Source: Nageia nagi (lineage: Eukaryota; Plantae; Pinophyta). From it: DNA of 64,000 nt. Below, one piece after another: positions 53,071-64,000 of the stretch. The notes under the pieces are model-generated. The model saw only the letters and a program-made list of their open reading frames with translations, was not told where the DNA came from and ran no database searches. Where the stretch lies: NCBI GenBank assembly GCA_050084985.1, contig JBITNC010000001.1, positions 45,756,001-45,820,000 of the forward strand, read 5' to 3'. Position 1 is the stretch's first letter; every line of letters begins with the position of its first letter. A program made the translations under genes and the position numbers.

Positions 53071-55149
53071 GCTGTAGAGGCTACATTTTTGATCGAGATT
53101 TTTCCAAGTGCCCATGAGCATAGAGTTATGATTTGGTATATCCAAGCATGTATATACATGACTATGTGATGTATAGACCTTATTTTGATATATGACATGA
53201 CATATTTGATTGATGCTATGTGTATACATTGTTACTTATGGATGTATGGACACATGCATGGATATGTATGGATATTTATGGATGCATTGCTTTGACACTA
53301 TTGCTATATGAGATGATGATATGCTATGTGCTTATGATGTTTGACATGGATGGATGCATTTATTGTTATGTTATGTGTAGTTAAAATTACATGATATGTA
53401 TGAAACAAACTAAAATGAACCCTAAAGGAACACTAAAGCAACATAAAATGATCATGAAGAATATAACTTAAAATAGACCTAAAATGAACATAAAAGAACA
53501 TAAAATAAACTAGTATGTTTAACCACATCACATGGTAAATGAACCTGTATGCTTAAACACACATAAAAGAAACAAGAAAACATGATAATGTGGGCCACAA
53601 ACATAAATGATGGACAATAACAAATAATAAAACAATAAATAAGTACAAAAATGTTAACAATAATGAAACAAACAAGTATGATAACAAACAAACAAAAAGA
53701 TGACAACTTAAATGCTTAATAAGGTACAAGTAGATTAAAATGATAAAGAAAAACAATGATGATGTGTGATGATATGATCAAATAATAAAAGAAACAAACC
53801 ATAATAACAAACAACACAAGAAAGTAAGAAAAATAGGTTGAAATGTTGTCAAAATGCTACCATATTTTTCTTGAAATGGTGCGTAGAATGAGGTAGAAAA
53901 CATGTCACACGGACCCCCTCAAAATGCTCAACCTATACTCATCATGACCGCCACAAACATAGACTAAGTCAGGATGCTATAGGAAGACAACCCATTTGGA
54001 CCAAAATAGAAACAAAGTGAAAATGACACTTTTGAAAAAGTGAAAAATTGTGAAATCTGATGGACAATAACAAGATACCTTGTTAATGATTTGATGAACA
54101 AACTTAACGATATGATAGGTGATTGTACATCCTAAACATAGGATCAAACAGTTCAAAAAATAAAGTCTATTTGACCTATTTACAAATTCAAAATCAAAGG
54201 CAACTTATCAAGGTGTGACTCCTTTTAGTGGGCATTGAAAAGGTGTCATTCCAAGTAGCCTCAGAAATGGATTTTGAAAAGATAATAAATGATGAGATAT
54301 GGACTTAAAACTTGACATGAAGACCACATTTACATTGAAGAAGGAAAAAAATATGGATCTAAAAACAGAGGTCATATGATGCATCAAAAAGACAACTCAA
54401 ATAGCCAATTTTCACAAGGATCAAATTTCAAGACCTACATCCCTAAAATTTGAAATTGTAACAAATGATTTTGAACTGCTACAAAAGTTGATGAGGTGAC
54501 TCAAAATGGCTTAAAAGGATCACATAAGACTAGGTTTGAAAAACAAATGATAACTGATCATGTATGCATGGACATGCACTAAGGCACCACATAGAACAAA
54601 GTAACAAATTAGGGCTAACGTTAAATGATTAGAATAGAAAAAAATGACAAGACTAAAGTTACCAACATTAAGATCGATGATAAATAAAGTGACTAAATAC
54701 CAAAATATGACTAGAGAAAATGATAAGATATAAAAACATGAATAACAAAAAATGGTAAAAATGTTAAACGATAAGATGGGAGATGTTGAAGGAGGCCAAA
54801 ACATGTCTCAAGTCATTTGCAACATAAGGATTTCCATAAAAAACCATGATAGTCACAACCTATGGTCAAACCTAAGGGAATGAAAAAAGGCAACCCAAAG
54901 TGGCTGTGACCCAAGTGGTTATGTCCTCATTGGAAATCGTGGATGGGAAAAGATGACGAGAAAATGAATGGATATACAATGATGTCAGTGATACGATACA
55001 AGATAAGAAATGAAAAAATGATGGTTGGAATCTTCTAGGTACATAAGGTATCAACTTCCACACATGTACATGAATGTACTTTCTCTATTGGGGATTCAAG
55101 AGATAATTTCTAATGGTTAACCCTAGAGGAGGAGCAAGATTGATACCAA

Positions 55150-57330
55150 ACAAATGTAAGCAATGTAAATGATGAAAAGTGGATGCTCGAGATGGGATTG
55201 CTATTGGTTCTCTTTAAGCACAAGGTCACCAACTTGGAACTCATGAGATCAAACCTTCTTGTTAATTGCTCATTTAATATGCTCTTGATATATCTTTTGA
55301 TGCTCAATCGCATTAATGCACCTCTCATCAAGCAAAGTAAGTTGGTCCAACTAGGCTTGATAAGCTTCCCTATCAAGGATAAAGTCCTTGAGTGACATAC
55401 ACAAGTAAGGGATCTCAAGATCAAGAGGCATGACAACCTCAATGATGTAGATAAGGGACAAAGAAGTAGTACTCATGGGCATCCACATGCTAGTGTGATA
55501 TGCCCACAAATCATATAGGAGACACTCATGCCAATTTTGATGATTATCTTTAACCATTTGCTTGAGAAACATGATTATCATCTTATTGGTGGCCTTAGCT
55601 TGATCGTTACCTTGAGGGTAAGAAGGCATGGAGAATGATTGTTTAATGTGATACCAATTACACATTCTCCTCATATGTTGATTCTTAAAATTAAGACCAT
55701 TATCAGTAAGGATCCTTGCAAGAATATCAAATTGACATATGATATGAGTCTCTATGAAAGATACAATCTTGGGATCCATAGTAGAGACTAAAGGAACCAT
55801 ATCTATCCACTTGGTAAGGTACTCAGTGGTAGTGATAATGAACTTATGATTGCCAAACAAAGGAGGAAAAAAATGACCAATGAGATCAAAACCCTACTAG
55901 GCAAAAGACCACATGGTCTAGATTGGTTGAAGAGGTTGAGAAGGCACATGCTAAAGATGGGCATGTTGTTAACACTTAACACATTTCTTGACATATTAAT
56001 TACAATTATGTTTCATGGTAGGATAATAATAACCCATTTGTAGAAGACATTTAGGAATAACAATGCCATTACAATGTTTGCCAAAAATACCACCATGACA
56101 ATCTAACATGGTAATTTGTTGGTTGCAAAGTTTGAGACAATGAATAAGGGCTCCATCAAAAGACTTCTTATAATGAATATCACTAGAAGTGAGTATATAG
56201 TAGTGTAATACTTGAAATTACTCTTATCATTGGGAAACTTATCAGAAGGTAAGGCATTCCACTTAAGGTACTCATGAAGCTACTTGTACCACAAGTCTTG
56301 AGACTCAATCAAAATCTCATCAACATTAGATTCGATGAGAGAGGGAGATAAAGGTGACTTAAGGGATTTCTTCTTGATAGTCACAATTTTCACATGTTGG
56401 ATGTGTTAATGTGGATTAGGTGGAATAAGTGACCCTAAAGAAGCCATGGTATCAACAAACCAACTAGAAGACCTAGGGGCTAACTTGATCTTATAGTCTT
56501 TAAAGAACCTAAGGAGCTTAACAACCTCTTCTTTATAGGATTTAAGGAGTTTTTTATGGCATTGATAAACTCCCAAGACTTGGTTGATGACTAAAAGAGA
56601 GTCACCATAGATCATGAGTCTCTCAATCTTGAAGATGATGGAAGTCCTAAGACCTAGGATCAAGGCTTTATATTTCACATTGTTATTAGTACAAGGGAAA
56701 TCCAACTTGAAGGAGTAAGGGATGGGGACACCTTGAGGTGTGATGAAAAAACATATCTCTCCATCCCTTGCTCACACTTAGATCTATAAAAATACATGTT
56801 CATTTCAAAGTCTTTGTGTGTATCAATGAATTCCTCCTCTTCATCAATATTAAAGATATCCTCATAAAGGAGATTGATGTCGATAGGAGAGCTATCAAGC
56901 AAAGGGGATTCAGCCAACTAATTAGCTATAACCTAACACTTAATGGATTTTTGACTAACAAACTCAAGATCAAACTTAGACAAAAATATAAGCTACTTGG
57001 ATGTTCATGAATTATGATAAGTCTTGCTCATTATATGCTGGAGGGGATTAGCATAAGAAATTATGTAAGTTATGTGATTAAGAATGTAATGATGTAATTT
57101 ATTGGCCACAAAGATGATAGCAAGTCAAATATGATCTATATAGATGTACCTAAGCTCATAATCAACAAGGGTATGGCTAAGGTAATAGATGACTTGCTCC
57201 TTGCCTTAGGAATTATTTTGAGCAAGCATGAATCCTAAAGCAAAATTGTTTGCCAAAAGATAAAGATAGAAAGGAAGACCCTTCTTCAAATTACTTAAGG
57301 ATAGGAAGATATGAGTAATCATCTTCAGTA
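55150..57330 (-). pseudogene. Ogre/Tat pol remnant: RNase H, additional RNase H, integrase
   Basis: ORFs 55351-55860, 56406-56705 and 56675-56917 with the motifs listed for the element. Confidence 0.85.
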
Positions 57331-59265
57331 GGATTAGGAATAGAAGACATAGAACATAAAAAAGATGCTTCATCAAAGGACCAATGAGAAGGAAAACAAA
57401 CCTCATGAATGAAAAGAAACCTAATGGTGGTAAGGAGAAATCTACTAATTTAGGACCAATAGAAATCAAAGAGTCACCATCAAGGGGATGATATAAAGAA
57501 TCAAGCTCATTAAGAGAAACCATATTGACAAAAATGACCAAATCTAAAGATAAAGGATCATCAATGAAATCAAATGGGATAGAAAAATCCGATGAACTAG
57601 GATTAGAAGGGTGAAAATAAAGACCAAGATTATCAATATCAAAAGACTAATCATGAATTTCAAGGTTGGCAAACTCTTCTTTAAGTATAGAGGATTTGGA
57701 CCTTTAAAACTAAGGCCCCTCTTTTCATGACCACCTTGAAAAGTGGTATGGAAACTTGCCCAACCCATAACCTTTCCATTTACAATACCAAAAATATCAT
57801 CAAATAAAATTAGGACATGACAAGTAATCAACTTTAGCAAAAAATATCTCTTTCAAAGGATGATCAAAAGGGACATCAAATGGAGAATCAACACTAGCAT
57901 AAATAAAAAATGATTATTTAGGACTTCTACTTAAAGGAATGATAGATCCAATGGTGGTGGAAGCATCCTGAGGTCGATCGAAATCCTTCGCTGACTCAAT
58001 ATTATGTGACACATCCTCAATCCTATATTCTCCCAGACCAAGGTTAGCATCTTGCATCAAGATAAGATAAGGATTAGAATCATCATGGTCATCATCCTTA
58101 TCCTAGGTGACATGATCAAAGGTAGAAGCATGACACTCTTCCTCTTGGGAAGGTCAAAGTGACATGTTTGAGGATTGATAAATGTCACAAGGTGGGGAAA
58201 CTTGATTACAAGATTGAGGTTGAGAGGACTTGGGTTGAGGCTTCTTGATATGAGTCCCAAAACCTGATGGCTATGACGAAAAAGACTCAATGGAAAACTT
58301 ACCATTAGGATGTGTAGGGTGAGGTACATGCAATGAAGGTGATGATGATGAAGGTTGTGACCCAAGAGATGGACTAGGATGAGGATGCAGAGATTGAGGA
58401 GCTTGTGAACTAGATGATGTTTGATTGGGGTTATTATTCACAAGGATAGTGATGGGAAACAAACTCAGCATGGAAAATGGATTAGGAGCTTAAATAAGGT
58501 TGTAATGGTTAAAGGGGGTAGAGTCCACTAGAATACAGTGAGTCTTACCATCATCAATAAACAATGAAAGCAAGTTAAAATTTAATGTTGAAATGACCAT
58601 CCTCAAAGTGACAAATAATTCAAAAATCTAAAAGCTATCTTTCAAAGTTTAAACCTAAATCACCTTTTCATAGACATTAATTCCTTACTAATTTATTAAG
58701 AGCAAATTTCAATTATAACTTTTTCATTTTGTAGCCTAAAAGCATTGATGTTGGTATTTACTAGTTTTGATATAACCTCTTATATATCAAAAAACACAAA
58801 GAAATATCATGTCTTGGTATTCTTAATTTAATACTTTTTAAGCAATCGTTTTTTAAAATCATTTAATTTATTTTTAATAAAATAAATTAAATAACATAAA
58901 AAATATAAAAACATTTCATTTATTTATAAAAAATATTTATTAAAATTAATATAGTCAACTTTGTATTAAAATTTTAATAAAATCGAAATAGTCGACCAAA
59001 TGTTTATGATCGAACAAACATGAGACATTTTAAATGTACACCCCTCATTCTTTTACTACCATTGTAATTACGCCTCTCAACATAAATATCTCAACCCTAA
59101 AAAAAAAAAAACAAAAACAAAAAACGCTCATTACCTTCATAGATTTTTTGACCAGTAAAAATTAAGCTTATGTTAAATTGACATCCACCATAAAATCATT
59201 CATGTACTTGAAGCTTCTAGTTGGTCATATTGAAGCCTTGCACAATATATGGGCATTCGAGCAAC

Positions 59266-59397
59266 CACGTCTCTTGGATTTCCACCCACCCAAATGTAAA
59301 CGCATTTCAGTATACACAAGATATATCTCGCTGGAACCCGTTTTCACCGTCTACTTGGCTTATTTTTCACCACGAAATAATTCCCTCACCTTATAAA
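59266..59397 (+). promoter_or_regulatory. ELIP proximal promoter: ACGT box (CACGTC 59266-59271) and TATAAA (59392-59397)
   Basis: Motif match and position 110-240 bp upstream of the ATG. ACGT boxes are typical bZIP/HY5 sites of light-stress genes (function inferred). Confidence 0.55.
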
Positions 59398-59506
59398 GTT
59401 GAAGCCCGATTGAATTCAATCATCATCGAGTAGCCAGTCGACTTGAGCGACGTTGATCAGCAACACACCAAGCAATCTTCTCGTTACGAAAGAGGAGTAA
59501 AAAATC

Positions 59507-60250
59507 ATGGCGGCCATGACTTATGTGATGAACACAACTGCGGGCCTCAAACTGGGATCGCTCCAGAGATTTCATACAACTCATTCTTCCCGACTTTCAC
59601 AGAGGAACTTCCAGATCAGATGCATGGCTGAGGTTAGCTACACTTTACAATCTCTTCGTTTTACTTCTTCCACACATCTTATTAAAACATTACCCTAATC
59701 CCAAGAAGTGGTTTTTTTTTTTCGTTGTTTTAAACTTGGCAGGCGGATCCAAAGGAGACTTCCAAAGCCAATGACGTTCAAATTCCTAATCCTTCTTCAA
59801 CCAAAAGTTCTCCTCCTCCTCCCAAGAAGGTACAATCACTTTCATTCCTTAAATTCCCAATTTGTTTAGTATAACGTAGCTGAGATTGTTTATGCGGGCG
59901 TTCAGGTTAGCACTAAGTTTGTAGACATATTCGCATTTTCTGGGCCTGCACCGGAGATTATCAATGGAAGGCTGGCCATGCTGGGGTTCGTATCGGCGAT
60001 TGGGGTGGAATTGGCGAGTGGAAGGGATTTGGTATCACAAATTAGTAACGGAGGAGGGACATGGTTTGTAGCGAGCTCTCTGGTGTTTACAATAGCGTCG
60101 CTGGTGCCACTTTTGAACGGGATTTCTGCAGAGAGTAAATCACAAGCTGTGATGTCTTCGAAGGCGGAACTGTGGAATGGGCGTTTTGCTATGTTGGGGC
60201 TTCTTGCGTTGGCCTTCACTGAATACGTAAAAGGCGGGCCTCTTGTTTAA
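59507..60250 (+). CDS. ELIP: Early light-induced protein (LHC-like family), chloroplast precursor, 3 exons, 185 aa
   Basis: Exons 59507-59632, 59743-59829 and 59906-60250, all GT-AG. Transit peptide ends IRCMAE; '[20 protein letters not shown]' and '[28 protein letters not shown]' carry both ExxNxR LHC motifs. Confidence 0.97.
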
Positions 60251-60823
60251 TTTTCAAAACTTTTACTTTCATACATTAGCTGTAATAGAAGAATGATAGA
60301 GAATCAAATCCATGTATGAATAGCCATCAAATTTGCTGTTTCATGTTCCATGTGTCTACTTGGTTGTACTGTTGAGGGCAAATGCCGAAATTTTTGGTAG
60401 ACACACAAGATTATATCTGCTAAATTGTAAGATATGTTTTACTTAATAAATCAACTACGATTTCAAAAATATTATACTGATACATTCTATTTTTCTAATT
60501 GTGTGCGCTGGTTATTTGTCAGTGAATATCTGTAGAATCTGATCTTCGAGTGTTTGTAAATATGCAAACAGTATGTACACTTAACAATTGCAATTTTGTG
60601 CAATGGGTACATAAAGTTAGAACATAGGTTTATGGAAGGTGAATTTAGATGGGCATTTCTTCTTGGTGATAAATATTTTATTTTTGAATTTATAAAAATG
60701 AATGGAAAATTGAATAATTTGAAGTTGAATATATTTGTCTTCTAGTTTTTTAGAATTTGTTAAAGACAATCAATGATGAATGATTTATTTATATAAATTA
60801 ATATCGTTTTTTTTATATTTTAT

Positions 60824-61088
60824 TTTAATGATTTAAAATTTAAATAGGGATATGATGATAAATATATTTAATATATTATAAAAAATTTCAATTATTTAAT
60901 TTTTATTCATTACATAATAAGAAAATAAAAGTAAAAGTAATATTTGAAAAAAAAATTGATTTTAATGATTTAAAAATTAAATTGAAAATGATGATAAATA
61001 TATTTATTATATTATAAAAATTTTCAATTATTTAATTTTTATTCATTATATAACAATAAAATATAAGTAAAAGTAATATTTGAAAAAT
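60824..61088. repeat. AT-rich ~137-bp tandem duplication
   Basis: TTTAATGATTTAAAA...AGTAAAAGTAATATTTGAAAAA starts at 60824 and 60961. Confidence 0.9.
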
Positions 61089-61544
61089 CATACATCTATG
61101 TTAATGAAAAATTATTTTTTTTCATATTTTGTACTTATAACAATGGCGTAGAGAAAGGTATAATTGTTGAAAAGATCAATGTTAAAAAATCTTGTTTATA
61201 ATTAAAATACATAATGTATTAAACATATACTATAATGCATTCAATTTTATATGGACTTAAAATTTAAATTATCCATTTGATTAAATTTTGCAATCATCTA
61301 TATTTTAATCATATAGTATTGATTTAAAAATAATAGTAATATTTGAAAGTGCATATCCATATCATTAATAAAAATATATAAAAGAAAGATGGTTATCCAA
61401 AAAAATGGATCAATAAAGAGAACTAACAAAACTTGCATAACTTTGTTGTGGGCAAAGAGAAACTTTATCGTATCCATAAAAATGATTGTCACAGTTACAA
61501 ACCTCTATCACATGTAGGAAGAAAAAAACCTATCAGAGTTCAAG

Positions 61545-61885
61545 AAAATACCTATCGTGACATGAGAAACTACATGCTAACATCATTGTCTTCGCAACAT
61601 AGACTACAATATTGAAGAATGTTACTAGAGCATGACAAACTACATGTTGATGCAATCATCTTCATAGCACATTGTTTACTATTGAAGACCCTTGCCAGAC
61701 CATGACAAATTATATGCTGACATCATCTTCTTCATGATGCAACATTTAGTATTAAAGATCTTACTAGAGCATGATAAACTACATGCTTATGTCATCATCT
61801 TCGTAGCATGATGTTCAATATTGAAGACCTATGCCAGAGTGCAGAAAACCACATGCTAACATTATTATCTTTATGGTGCAACATT
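61545..61885. repeat. ~70-bp tandem array (~5 units, dimeric)
   Basis: CATGA.AAACTACATG(C/T)T...TCATC.TC...TATTGAAGA units at 61561, 61631, 61701, 61770 and ~61840. Confidence 0.9.
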
Positions 61886-61899
61886 CTATTGGGATCTAA

Positions 61900-62700
61900 C
61901 AAGATTATGTTCAAATGATAATGCAATAAAAAATAAATAACAAGCTAATGGCACCACACAACAAAGAGATTTACCTTGGTTCACCTAATTTGGGCTACAT
62001 CCAACAAGAACAAGGAGCATCAACTCTTTCATATTGTATTATCACTTCTTTATACAATCAAGTAAATTTGCCTCCAAATCATACAATATAAAATCACATG
62101 TGCAATCATAACACATCCAATGATCTCTGTATAATAAGCATCATACAATCTACATATCACAAATCTATGATATAGCCCTCATACTATATCACATGAGATC
62201 TTTATAGTCCATACATTTGTAGTCTCTAAATTGTGTAAAATACAATATACATAACAAATAAATTGATCTACAATATAAGAAGAGTTAGATATGTACACTA
62301 TATCATATACAACAAATATAGATGAAAAGCATGCACTTGATATGAAGTGTATGTACAATCCTCAAAAGTAGATAGTAATTAATCTTTAGAGGATTGGCAT
62401 CGGATTGAAGGCAAGCTTTTGATGGATCTTCACATGTATGAATCAATAACCTTTTCCATCAAAATATGAAACCCTCAATCTAGAAGACACACACCATTGA
62501 TAGCCTAAGAGAAGCACATCGCTAATGGCTTAAGAGAAGCATGTCGTTAACTGCATAGGATATGTCAAATTATGCCCTATGCAAAAGATAAAAATTCTCA
62601 GATCTAAAAGTATAACAATTTCTCATGATAAGTGGCATCTAAAGACACCATAGCTTGATTAAGATTACGATTGACAACCACCTATCAAAGTTCTTATCAT
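61900..62700 (-). mobile_element. LTR-like remnant (tentative)
   Basis: AGAGATTTACCTTGGTTCACCTAATTTGGGCTACATCC at ~61965-62002 resembles a common copia LTR terminal motif. Ends not resolved. Confidence 0.35.
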
Positions 62701-64000
62701 ATCAAAGAGTTCTAATCTGTAGAGGTCAATCTATTCCACTTGCATATATAGCCTACAAGGACATAAAAAGGAGTGAAGGCCAATCTCTAGCAATAATATA
62801 AACTTTATTATATTTAAGATACTTTAAAATATAAACCATGATAAATGATATAGCATTTAATATAACACATGACATTGCATTGTAATATCAACTTTACCTT
62901 GATATATGTAATATTGCATAAGTCATTTAAGAAGTCTAAATATGATTTATTAAATAAATAATAAATTATTTTTAGGTGACTACATTATGCCCCTCTTTGG
63001 ATATGAAATGAAAAGCATTGAAATTGGATAATCCAAATAAGTCTAAAGAAGAGAAGAAAATTTTCAATAGTAAAGCGAACTTCCTTTTTTCAATCGATAT
63101 GTTGAGTATGATATGTCATCTACCCTCTTTTGGTCTTGCATTACCCCTTGCTCATGCTATTTCAAGAAATCAAGCCAAAAATTGGAGTCCTTATATGAGG
63201 AGAGCATCTCTATGCGAATCCTACTCTCTCAGATAATACCTTTTAAGAACAAACCAAAATAATTCCCACATAGATCACATCCTATTAAAGAATAATCAAT
63301 TGGAATAGTAAGGATTAAATAAATATGATATTCATTGTATCACTATGATCGATGTGACTCATAGTTCTATTTAACCATGACATATAGACTACAATGATTA
63401 CAACTCATAGTCTATGAAGACCAAGCTAATGAGGTCCTTTTTAATGCTCCAAGCTTGGAACAACCATGATTATCAAGCCCATGAGAACCTTTTTAATGAC
63501 TCAATCTTGGAATAACTTGTAATTGATCAAAGAGTTTTCTCATGGAATGACCATGGCCTTGAAAATATTTGTTAGCACAACATTGAACAATATCATTTGA
63601 TTCCTATGAAAATACCAAATAGTCAAATATTCATTGGTCTTACATATCAACATTGTATGTTTGATCATATTGAATTGCTTGATTTTATTGATTTTCAAAG
63701 AAAACCCACGCTATTGACATCGTGAATTTTGTAGAATTTAAAAATAATATTTTTTCCAATTTTATTCATTATTTTCATATCAATGCATATTTGTGAAGCA
63801 ATGGCATTTTTAAATAGATATTCAAAGATTTTGTAACATGTCCCATTTACAATGAATTAATAATGAACACATGTTGTTAGTAGCATGGAAATAGTCAAAT
63901 CAAATTTGCAAATTTTAATTATATTCAATTGAAAGCACATAATAATATTTTGCATCACAAATATCATGAAATCATATCTCTATATAACATACAATTTTTC

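Larger units (their letters stand above)
47675..58600 (-). mobile_element. Ty3/gypsy Ogre/Tat-lineage element, 5'-truncated and internally deleted
   Basis: 3' LTR 47675-48791 (TGTAG start on minus) with PPT CAAAAAGGGGCATC. Integrase 55351-55860 (ILTDNG, YPQGNDQAKATNK), additional RNase H 56406-56705 (CTNN.VKYKALILGL), RT-RNase H connection ~56900-57330, G-patch-like 57680-57790 and protease end ~58520-58600. Confidence 0.85.

Noticed and set aside
53479-54804. Hydrophobic minus-strand ORFs as membrane or env-like proteins
   Set aside because: Products of T-rich low-complexity UTR sequence; no conserved features.
58520-58560. TGGTAAGACTC on the minus strand as the Ogre PBS
   Set aside because: It reads in frame as the protease C-terminus (FIDDGKTHCILVDSTPF) and no LTR is adjacent.
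59902-60219. 105-aa minus-strand ORF
   Set aside because: Antisense shadow of ELIP exon 3.
25338-60250. Dioxygenase plus ELIP as a functional gene cluster
   Set aside because: They are 31 kb apart with only TEs between them and no shared pathway evidence in the sequence.

Overview
Eukaryotic plant nuclear DNA: AT-rich, strongly CpG-depleted and mostly transposon-derived. The repeat families and gene style suggest a gymnosperm/conifer (inference; species not identifiable from the window). Two intact spliced host genes are present: a 4-exon 2-oxoglutarate/Fe(II) dioxygenase (DOXC class, 358 aa, 25338-28229 +) and a 3-exon early light-induced protein (ELIP, 185 aa, 59507-60250 +). Between them lies a resolvable nest. 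An RTEX-like LINE was hit by a chromoviral Ty3/gypsy element, whose 5' LTR was hit by a full-length Ty1/copia (AGATC TSD). The same LINE was also hit by an Ogre/Tat element carrying an antisense plant-mobile-domain (PMD) gene. The most unusual object is a ~7.85 kb element (17070-24921) bounded by TGTTGT...ACAACA, with no gag/pol and no terminal direct repeats. It contains tandem enhancer-like repeats, a TATA box, a 5' intron and one decayed ~1,070-codon gene of unrecognised family. It looks like a giant gene-carrying solo LTR and ends 416 bp upstream of the dioxygenase ATG. Boundaries of the older decayed elements are approximate, and all family calls come from motif recognition by eye, not database searches.
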